From assembly GCA_964354025.1 (NCBI GenBank), contig CAYGXQ010000001.1:5963-69962 (forward strand): a stretch of DNA of 64,000 bases, given 5' to 3'. The notes beneath the pieces are model-generated. The model was not told where the DNA came from, made no database searches, and worked only from the letters and a program-made list of their open reading frames with translations. The first letter of the stretch is position 1; the number at the start of each line of letters is the position of its first letter. The position numbers and the translations under genes are program-made. Below, piece after piece: positions 55,556 through 63,194 of the stretch. Source of the stretch: an uncultured Gammaproteobacteria bacterium. Its GTDB lineage: Bacteria; Patescibacteriota; Microgenomatia; 2-02-FULL-39-11.

Positions 55556-56622
55556 ATAACCTCCTTGATAGTTTTTAGTAATAAACGATTTTCTTCAGAA
55601 CTTCTGACGGTGATTCTTACGCAACCATCGAGATACTTTTTGTTACTCCGGTCGCGGATAATAAATCCTTTCTTTTTCAACTTTTGACAAAGCAGAGTTG
55701 CTCCACTGCCGACTTTAACCAGCAAAAAATTTGTTCGTGAAGGATAAACATAAAGACCTAAGTCCGTCAGTTCTTTTGTAAGTCTCTCTCTTTCTTTAAT
55801 TATCATTTTTATTTGCTTTTTGATCCAATTTCCGTCTTTTTCCAAAACCGTTTCCGCCAGTTTATAGGAGAAATAACTGACACCCATCGGGAAGCGGATA
55901 CCGTCAAATTTTTGACTCAAAAATCGGTTGCTGATCAGATAACCGACTCTGGCTCCGGCGATGGCGGCAAATTTGGAAAAGCTGCGCAAGATCACTAAGT
56001 TATCATATTTTTGCAGAAAGAAAGTTGTGCTTTGACCATAAAATTCCCGATAGGCTTCATCGACAACCACAATACTTTTTGATCTCTTAACAATTTCCCC
56101 AATAACTTTCGGAGGAATAACCGTCCCGGTCGGATTATTGGGATTGCATAGAAAAATAATTTTCACTCTATTTTTATTGGCAAGATCAATTATTTTTTCC
56201 GCGTCAATGGAAAAATCCGGCAGAAGAAGAGGCACCTCCAAATTTATGCCTCTGTTTATTTCACACTGGATGGAAAACATTTCATAAGTCGGCGGAGAAG
56301 TAATAAAAAAATCTCCAGGATTGAGAAAAGTTTTTGCCAGTATGTCGATTGCTTCATCGCCGCTGTTGGTAACGGTAATCATGGAAGGCTTAGCCTTTTC
56401 ATAGCCGGCGATCAATTTTTTCAGTTTGGTGTAAGAGGGATCGGCGTATTCATTGATTGGGCAGTTAAGCGCCATTGTTTTCAGGAAAAAAGGCAGGCTT
56501 TTGGGAGGAAATGGCGGAGTATTGGCATCGAAACGCCAGGTTTTTTCCAGACCGGTTTCTTCCCACTGATAGGGAATTATTTTTTCCGCTACTTCTGATA
56601 GATATTGATTATTATTTTTCAT
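55552..56622 (-). CDS. hisC: Histidinol-phosphate aminotransferase
   Basis: NPNNPTG, VDEAY, RSFSK...AGARVG. Confidence 0.95.
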   Translation of the reverse strand: MKNNNQYLSEVAEKIIPYQWEETGLEKTWRFDANTPPFPPKSLPFFLKTMALNCPINEYADPSYTKLKKLIAGYEKAKPSMITVTNSGDEAIDILAKTFLNPGDFFITSPPTYEMFSIQCEINRGINLEVPLLLPDFSIDAEKIIDLANKNRVKIIFLCNPNNPTGTVIPPKVIGEIVKRSKSIVVVDEAYREFYGQSTTFFLQKYDNLVILRSFSKFAAIAGARVGYLISNRFLSQKFDGIRFPMGVSYFSYKLAETVLEKDGNWIKKQIKMIIKERERLTKELTDLGLYVYPSRTNFLLVKVGSGATLLCQKLKKKGFIIRDRSNKKYLDGCVRITVRSSEENRLLLKTIKEVI

Positions 56623-56665
56623 ATATTTGTAGTGACACAAATGTAACAGATAGCATGCATCCGTG

Positions 56666-57970
56666 TCAGTTATTAATAAACCTTATACTGGTTGCGTTTT
56701 TATGCGCCGGCAACTGTTCGATATCCGCCATAATTTCAATTGTTTCTGAAATCCTTGATAATCCGTTTCTGGTACATTTTTGGATCTGCATCCATTTGCC
56801 GAAAGCGTCCACACCCAGAGGCGGATACATTTTGGCCATTCCGCCGGTTGGCAGGACATGGTTGGCGCCGGTTGCGTAGTCTCCGCTTGACTTAGTCGTC
56901 CAATTGCCAAGAAAGACTGATCCGGCATTTTGGATTTGACTGACGATTTTTTCCGGATTTCCGGTCATGATTTCCAAGTGCTCGGGCGCATAATCATTGA
57001 TAAAATCAATCGCTTCTTTAAAGGTATCGGCCGTCAGAATCAAACCGTATTTTTTTAACGATTCCTTTATCCGGTCTTTGGTTGCGAGATTATTTATTTG
57101 TTTCTTAATTTCCTTAACACAGTTTTTCGCTATAGCGAAATTTTGTGTTTTGACCGTTACAATAACGCAGGCAGAATCAGGACCGTGTTCGGCGTCAGCC
57201 ATAAGATCGGCTACTGCCCAGGCGGGATTGGCGCTCTCGTCAGCCAGGATCAGGACTTCCGAAGGGCCGGCCGGCATATCGATGGCGACTTTCGGGAAAA
57301 CCGTTATTTTAGCAGCCGTCACGAATGAATTTCCGGCGCCGAAAATCTTATAGACTTTTGGAATACTTTCAGTTCCGTAAGCCATGGCGGCGATTGCTTC
57401 GGCGCCGCCGACTTTAAATATCTTTTTCAAACCCAACATGTCAGCCGCAACCAGTGTCGCCGGCGGAATTTGTCCGTCTCCTCTTGGCGGAGAGCAAATA
57501 ATAATTTCCCGGCAGCCGGCAATTTGGGCCGGAATGGCGGTCATGAGGACCGATGACGGATAAACCGCTTTTCCGCCAGGAATATATAAACCGACTTTTT
57601 CAATCGGCCGCCAGACCCGCCAGACGGAAATACCCTTTTCCGGTTTGACCACGGTATCAACTTTTTTCGGTAGTTGCGCCTTCTGCACAGCGGTAATATT
57701 TTTTATCATTTGTTTTATGGCTGAGATAAATGCTTGATTTACTTCCTTATAAGCGTTGGTTATTTCTTCTTCAGTTGTTTGGATTGATCGATAATTCTCT
57801 TTCCCAAACCTGGCTTGGTATTTTTCCAGCATGATTTGGTTCCCGTCTCTTTTCACGTTTTCAATAATTTTTATCACTTGAGGCATGATTTCCTCATTGG
57901 TTCCAAATGACCTTTGCATAATTCTTTGATAGTCTTTTCTTGATAATTTATTAAGCTGAACAATTTTCAT
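56666..57970 (-). CDS. hisD: Histidinol dehydrogenase
   Basis: GLYIPGG, DMPAGPSE, AEH, APEHLE, GDY..G.NHVLPT. Confidence 0.98.
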   Translation of the reverse strand: MKIVQLNKLSRKDYQRIMQRSFGTNEEIMPQVIKIIENVKRDGNQIMLEKYQARFGKENYRSIQTTEEEITNAYKEVNQAFISAIKQMIKNITAVQKAQLPKKVDTVVKPEKGISVWRVWRPIEKVGLYIPGGKAVYPSSVLMTAIPAQIAGCREIIICSPPRGDGQIPPATLVAADMLGLKKIFKVGGAEAIAAMAYGTESIPKVYKIFGAGNSFVTAAKITVFPKVAIDMPAGPSEVLILADESANPAWAVADLMADAEHGPDSACVIVTVKTQNFAIAKNCVKEIKKQINNLATKDRIKESLKKYGLILTADTFKEAIDFINDYAPEHLEIMTGNPEKIVSQIQNAGSVFLGNWTTKSSGDYATGANHVLPTGGMAKMYPPLGVDAFGKWMQIQKCTRNGLSRISETIEIMADIEQLPAHKNATSIRFINN

Positions 57971-57985
57971 AATTTACTCCTTAAA

Positions 57986-58861
57986 TTAAATAATTATTTT
58001 TTCAATCGGTAGTACCATGATTTCCGAGGCGCCGACTTTTTTTAATCTTTCCATCGTCTCCCAAAAAATATCTTCTTTGACTACCGATTGGACTGAAACC
58101 CAACCGGTCTTTGCCAGAGAAGAAATGGTTGGCGATTTCAGGCCGGGAATGATTTTTTTAAGCCTCGGCAATATTTTTTCAGGCGCATTCATCAAGATAT
58201 ATTTGTAGTTTCTTGCCGATAAAACTCCCTTAAATCTGGTTAATAACTGTTTTATACAAGATTGTCGTTTTTGGGAAGTTAATGATTTATCATTTGTAAT
58301 CAAAACCGCTTCCGAATCGTAGATTTTCCTGATAATTTTCAAATCATTTAAGATCAGAGTGCTACCGGTTGAAACCAGGTCAACGATCACTTGGGCAACT
58401 CCCAAAGATGGTGCAACCTCAACCGAACCTTTAATCTGCACAAGATCAACCGGTATATTTTGCCGGCTGAAAAAACGTTCTGCCGAGTTCGGATAAGCGG
58501 TGGCAATTTTCTGGTTTTTCAATTCCTTAATGTTGGTAAAGTTTGATTCTTTGGGAACAGCGACGATCAAAGAACAAAAACCGAATCTCAAGTTAAGGAG
58601 TTTCTTAACTTTTGGCCTCAGTTCATATAGTAAATTTTGTCCAATGATGCCGAGATCGACAATACCGGCAGAAACATAATTTGGGATATCGTCATCCCGC
58701 AGGAATAGGATTTCCAGAGGGAAATTCAGACAGCGGGAAAAAAGTCTCTTTTGATAACTTTCAAAAACTAAACCGGAAGACCGCAAAAAAGCGAGCGTCT
58801 CGTCCGTCAAACGCCCATCTTTCTGGATCGCTAATTTAAGATATTTATCTGATGTATTCAT
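57986..58861 (-). CDS. hisG: ATP phosphoribosyltransferase, long form
   Basis: AIQKDGRL, RDDDIP, GSVE.AP, DLVSTGSTL, C-terminal regulatory domain. Confidence 0.98.
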   Translation of the reverse strand: MNTSDKYLKLAIQKDGRLTDETLAFLRSSGLVFESYQKRLFSRCLNFPLEILFLRDDDIPNYVSAGIVDLGIIGQNLLYELRPKVKKLLNLRFGFCSLIVAVPKESNFTNIKELKNQKIATAYPNSAERFFSRQNIPVDLVQIKGSVEVAPSLGVAQVIVDLVSTGSTLILNDLKIIRKIYDSEAVLITNDKSLTSQKRQSCIKQLLTRFKGVLSARNYKYILMNAPEKILPRLKKIIPGLKSPTISSLAKTGWVSVQSVVKEDIFWETMERLKKVGASEIMVLPIEKIII

Positions 58862-58868
58862 ATCTTTG

Positions 58869-58942
58869 GGTGACCGAGCGGGTTTGAACCGCCGACCTTC
58901 TCGTTCACAGCGAGATGCTCTACCAATTGAGCTACGGCCACC
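58869..58942 (-). tRNA. tRNA-His(GTG) with encoded G-1 and C73; full CCA not encoded
   Basis: G-GTGGCCG/CGGTCAC-C; TCTCG-CTGTGAA-CGAGA; GGTTCAAACC. Confidence 0.97.
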
Positions 58943-58990
58943 ATGCCCCGCCTTTGGCGGGGAATTATCAAATTACAAATTTCAAATTAC

Positions 58991-59055
58991 AAAAAAAGAC
59001 CCTCGTTACTTAAACACAAGTTATTATCAACTCGTGATCAAGGAACGAAGGTCTT
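58991..59055 (-). terminator. T-box-controlled intrinsic terminator
   Basis: AAGACCTTCGTT...AACGAGGGTCTT hairpin running into a U tract; 5' arm shared with the antiterminator. Confidence 0.88.
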
Positions 59056-59246
59056 AAATAAAAAAGAGACCTCCGCGGTCCCATCCTTTTTCCCTATACC
59101 GTATAGTATAGGGCTCTTGGGGTCGGCTCCGTCCGCCAGCTGGCGGACGACATCGACTGTTGTATTTTTACGGTTCAACTTCCGTCCCACATTTTGGCGG
59201 GAAGCTCGTGGATCGTGACTCCACTCAAACGCTTTTATGAATTGTA
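58991..59246 (-). promoter_or_regulatory. His-specific T-box riboswitch with ultrashort stem I
   Basis: GTGGA-GTCACGA-TCCAC (CAC at 59217-59215); AAGAG + stem III; AAGGA-TGGGACC-GCG antiterminator; terminator; TGGTATAAT extended -10 at 59261-59253. Confidence 0.88.
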
Positions 59247-59268
59247 TTAAACATTATACCAAAGCTTG

Positions 59269-59595
59269 TCAAATTTTTTGTTTATTTCCCAATTCCTGTT
59301 TTATCCAGTGCTCTACCTTTTTGGTAGTTTTTGTTACCGGAGAAGACAGAAGAACGAAGGTTTCGTAACTGTGGATTTTGGCTACTTCTTTCTCTATTTT
59401 TGGGAAATTTTCCTCAATAGATTCCATCACCAGCATTACTTCATTGTTTGAAGCAATCTTTCCTTTCCACAAATATGAAGAAGTAACGGGAAACCTCTTC
59501 GTGCAGACTACCAGTTTTTTGGCCAAAAGAGTTTTAGCGATTTTTTCCGCCTCTTTATCACTGGCGCAGGTGAGAAAAAGCAAACACATTTTCAT
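59269..59595 (-). CDS. cutA: Divalent cation tolerance protein CutA
   Basis: EA.KIA..LL.KKLV.C, S.YLWKG.I, HSYE. Confidence 0.92.
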   Translation of the reverse strand: MKMCLLFLTCASDKEAEKIAKTLLAKKLVVCTKRFPVTSSYLWKGKIASNNEVMLVMESIEENFPKIEKEVAKIHSYETFVLLSSPVTKTTKKVEHWIKQELGNKQKI

Positions 59596-60644
59596 TGGAA
59601 ATAATGGGTATTTGAGTAGAGATACTGATTGACAAAGATCCGTTTGAAATTGAAAATATTGTTTTGCTCATAAAAGACAATCAGGGCTTTTTTATACTCC
59701 AGCTCATCAATATCCCGGTAAGAAAGAGGAATCAGGTCATAAGCGATAAGGATGGCGTTGGCAATCATTCTTCCGGTCCTTTTATTGCCATCGGTAAACG
59801 GCTGTAAATAAGAAATCATACTGATTGCCGTCAGCGCTTTGGTAAAAGGATTATTAAGTTTATTAATGAAGGAAACTGTTTTTCTTAAATACTTTTCAAT
59901 TGCTTCTTTATTGGAAGGAGGTAAGTAGTTTGTCCCCGAAATCCCCACACGATGAGAACGGATACCGGAGGTAACCGGAAGATCTTTGATCATCAGAGAG
60001 TGTATTTCGATTATTTTGTCAACGGAAAGATTATCAAATTGAGAAGGATTTTCCAAAACAAAAGAAAGCGCGTCTTTATGATTGAGTATCATAATAGCCT
60101 CCTCTTTCGGGTGACCGGCAGCCTGCTGTTTTTGTTTTATCAATTGCTCCGTCTCAAGAAGGGTATAGGTATTGCCTTCAATCCTGCTTGATTTCCAGGA
60201 AAATTCGATGGTCAATCTTTCAAGTTCTTTCTGAAAAATTGTCGGACCAATAATACTTTTTTGCCGGGCAAGACTTTTTTTACTTCCTTGAAGAGTTTTT
60301 ATTTCCTCATCGGTAAAAAGGTCGCAAAGTTTGGAAAAAATTGTTTCATCGAATGATTCCTTTACGTATTGCCTGATACTGCTTCCCTCGGAAAAGTAAA
60401 AATCAAGGCTGAGCGGAATAAGAAGTGAATATTTTTCATTGATGAGATATTTGGTCGATCTTCCCGCGCCTGTCGATTTGACCCAATTCATTTTGATAAG
60501 ACTGTTTAAGTCACGCAGGATGGTTATCTTTGACGAAGGATTTGTTTCCCGTAAGGCAAGTTCTAACTCGCCGCGGGTTTGGGGCTTGGCGATTAATTGG
60601 CAGATGATCGCCTGAATACGTCTTGAAATGATCGTATCATTCAT
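59592..60644 (-). CDS. Fic family protein with N-terminal wHTH
   Basis: TILRDL..L, SSRIEGN, QPFTDGNKRTGR. Confidence 0.9.
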   Translation of the reverse strand: MNDTIISRRIQAIICQLIAKPQTRGELELALRETNPSSKITILRDLNSLIKMNWVKSTGAGRSTKYLINEKYSLLIPLSLDFYFSEGSSIRQYVKESFDETIFSKLCDLFTDEEIKTLQGSKKSLARQKSIIGPTIFQKELERLTIEFSWKSSRIEGNTYTLLETEQLIKQKQQAAGHPKEEAIMILNHKDALSFVLENPSQFDNLSVDKIIEIHSLMIKDLPVTSGIRSHRVGISGTNYLPPSNKEAIEKYLRKTVSFINKLNNPFTKALTAISMISYLQPFTDGNKRTGRMIANAILIAYDLIPLSYRDIDELEYKKALIVFYEQNNIFNFKRIFVNQYLYSNTHYFQ

Positions 60645-60704
60645 TCCTTAATATCGTATCATAATGAAACGGAAAATGGTATTGTTTGGAACGAAAAAGA
60701 CTAA

Positions 60705-61043
60705 TTAGAAAGTGCCTATTTGGCCGGTGATGGCCTGGCTGTAGGTGTTCATGAAATTAAATATAAGCATAATTGAAACGATTAAAGAGATCACAGTGAG
60801 AACGATGGCGATAATGCCAACTTGTTTTGATTTGCTATCTTCCTGACGAAGATATTTGATGGCCGGGATAAGCCCAAATGGCGGCAGAAGGAAACTGAGG
60901 GCATAGAGTGATAATTGCTTAAATAATGAGATGGAGGGCGGCTTTTCTTTCAGCTTCGCTCCGCAAGCCCGGCAGAAAAAATCCGTCAGATCAATGCTAT
61001 TTCTACATACAGGACATACAGAATAAGCAACTATCTGATCCAT
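60705..61043 (-). CDS. Zinc-ribbon + two-TM membrane protein
   Basis: CPVC..FCRACG, LLPPFG. Confidence 0.75.
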   Translation of the reverse strand: MDQIVAYSVCPVCRNSIDLTDFFCRACGAKLKEKPPSISLFKQLSLYALSFLLPPFGLIPAIKYLRQEDSKSKQVGIIAIVLTVISLIVSIMLIFNFMNTYSQAITGQIGTF

Positions 61044-61118
61044 ACGATCATTATATCATCGAAAGAAACAGGATAATATCGTCTTGCAAACAGGACGATA
61101 ATATGGTAATATTGTTCT

Positions 61119-62423
61119 ATGAATACAATATTAAGGACGCTTTTATACGAATGGAAGGATAGAAAATTACCCCCGATAATAGGGCGGGATACCCATTTGG
61201 ACACCTCACTGCAACAGGGGACTAATAACGCAACGGTGATAACCGGGTTTAGACGGGTAGGAAAGACATACCTGGTTTATGAGGCTATAGAAAAGCTTTT
61301 GGAGACCCATCCCCGTGATGAGGTAGTTTATATTAACTTTGAAGATGAGCGGATAATTTCACCCGCCACCGAGTTACTCACTGATCTGATACCGGAAATA
61401 CAGGCGGTTTACGGTAAAAAACCTAAATATCTCTTTTTGGATGAACTGCAGCTTATCCCTAACTGGTCAAAATGGGTGCGCCGGATACTGGATACAGAGT
61501 CAATACAAATATTTATAACCGGTTCCTCCTCAAAAATGGGCAGTGCGGAATTGCCGACAGAGCTTCGGGGCAGAGAATGGGAAGTAATAGTCAGCCCGCT
61601 TACCTTCGCCGAATTTTTACGCTTTAAGAAGGTAAATATAGACTTTGGGAAATCAGCCTTCGTAAAAGATGAGATGGCGCGCTTTCGTTTTCTTTTTGAC
61701 GAATACCTGACATTTGGATCGTTACCGGCCGTAGTGTTGACAACACATGAGAAAAAACAGGAGCTTTTACAGTCCTATTTTCAGACCGTAGTACAAAGGG
61801 ATATAGCCGAAAGGCATAAGATAGACAATGACACCGCGCTAAAAACACTTTTGAAACTGCTTCTTAATTCGAGCTATATTACGATTTCAAAACTGGCCAA
61901 TTCTCTCAAAAGCATGAGTATACCAATAGGAAAGTCAACAGTAAATAATTACCTTTCCTATATAGAAAGCTCGTACTTTATGAGCGAGCTTTATATCTAT
62001 AGTCCGGCAGTGATAAATCAACTGCAATATCCGCGAAAAGTATATTTTGTCGATACCGGATTTATGACCGCGTTGTCCACTAAATTTTCTAAAAATATGG
62101 GTAGACTATTTGAAAACACAGTTTTTCATAAGTTGGTGCGGGAAAACCTGTTAGCACAGACAGGCGAAACTATACACTACTACAAAGACGATAAAGGCAG
62201 CGAGGTAGATTTTGCCATTCTTAGTCAAGGTAAAACTACTGCTTTATATCAGGTATGTTTTGATCTGACTGATGAAGAAACACAGAGCCGGGAAGTGAAA
62301 TCGCTCATAAAAGCGGGGACAACTTTAAACTGCAAAAACCTTAACCTTATAACCCTGGAAAAACCTAATGCATTAAAACTGCTTCAAGAAATAAAAGTTA
62401 TTTCCGCCCCGGAATTTCTATAA
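61119..62423 (+). CDS. AAA_14/DUF4143 family ATPase
   Basis: GFRRVGKT, FLDELQ, ITGSS, EVDF..YQV. Confidence 0.93.
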   Translation: MNTILRTLLYEWKDRKLPPIIGRDTHLDTSLQQGTNNATVITGFRRVGKTYLVYEAIEKLLETHPRDEVVYINFEDERIISPATELLTDLIPEIQAVYGKKPKYLFLDELQLIPNWSKWVRRILDTESIQIFITGSSSKMGSAELPTELRGREWEVIVSPLTFAEFLRFKKVNIDFGKSAFVKDEMARFRFLFDEYLTFGSLPAVVLTTHEKKQELLQSYFQTVVQRDIAERHKIDNDTALKTLLKLLLNSSYITISKLANSLKSMSIPIGKSTVNNYLSYIESSYFMSELYIYSPAVINQLQYPRKVYFVDTGFMTALSTKFSKNMGRLFENTVFHKLVRENLLAQTGETIHYYKDDKGSEVDFAILSQGKTTALYQVCFDLTDEETQSREVKSLIKAGTTLNCKNLNLITLEKPNALKLLQEIKVISAPEFL

Positions 62424-62460
62424 TGCAGTGAATCCTTTTATTAATGGATACGGCCTTAGG

Positions 62461-62525
62461 TGCCAACCATGAACCAGAACAAAGTTCGGTATCATGGCAT
62501 AGCGTAATACACACCTGGTGTGTAT
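62461..62525. repeat. Two adjacent palindromes
   Basis: CCATGAACCAGAAC..GTTCGGTATCATGG and ATACACACC-T-GGTGTGTAT; the latter resembles the 43-bp repeat core. Confidence 0.6.
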
Positions 62526-62542
62526 GAATAGCCAATCCATAT

Positions 62543-62980
62543 CTATATATGAACTACCTCGACTTGTTTGCCCGCGTAATCCTTTATATAATCCGCGACT
62601 ACATTTCTGTGACAGTAATGCGGATCTTTCTCAAAACAGAGAAGACATATTTTTTTATCGGATCCCATGTCAATGATATCATCGATGGAATCCTTAAATT
62701 CCGGCAGATATGATCGGTATTGGTCAAAAAAAGTACGGTAATCCTGATAATGAGCAAGATAGTTTCTTAGCGGTTTGGGAGTTCCCAATTCCTGAAAATG
62801 GTAATAGGAAATCCCGGTTTGCTTAAGATAATTACTTAATGCCTTTTGGCTAAATCCCGGTTTGCGACTGTAAGGATTTTCCCGGATATCAACGATAGTG
62901 TCTATATTTTCCGCCTGTAATTTATTTAGAAATTCTTTTATTGTTTCCCCTTCATATCCTGACGTGAATAGGTGTGTCAT
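62543..62980 (-). CDS. DUF488 family protein
   Basis: T.GYEG, VDIR..P.SRKPGFS, LLCFE.DP..CHR. Confidence 0.92.
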   Translation of the reverse strand: MTHLFTSGYEGETIKEFLNKLQAENIDTIVDIRENPYSRKPGFSQKALSNYLKQTGISYYHFQELGTPKPLRNYLAHYQDYRTFFDQYRSYLPEFKDSIDDIIDMGSDKKICLLCFEKDPHYCHRNVVADYIKDYAGKQVEVVHI

Positions 62981-63053
62981 AAATCCAGTATATCAAAAAC
63001 TGGAGAGAATAATTATAGGAAGATTTTTTCCCGTCGGAGATGGCTAAACCAGT

Positions 63054-63173
63054 TTATTTATTTGTATAACTTGGCCAGGAGGTGATGATTAAAGGATTTT
63101 GATCCCAAATATTGATCTGCTGGTTTATTTCTTCGGTGATAAACGGCATGAAGGGATGAAGGAGTTTCAAACA
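63054..63173 (-). pseudogene. valS: Frameshifted 3' fragment of valyl-tRNA synthetase
   Basis: LKLLHPFMPFITEE then, after one extra A, INQQINIWDQNPLIITSWPSYTNK*. Confidence 0.7.
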
Positions 63174-63194
63174 GAAACATCTTGAGGCAACTCT

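Noticed and set aside
58943-59218. His-rich leader-peptide attenuator or a coding ORF upstream of the his operon
   Set aside because: No His-codon run on the coding strand; the listed ORF is antisense; T-box elements explain the region
3572-62423. AAA_14/DUF4143 ATPases, TA modules and Fic genes as a defence island or prophage
   Set aside because: Dispersed, common in such genomes, and no integrase or phage structural genes are present
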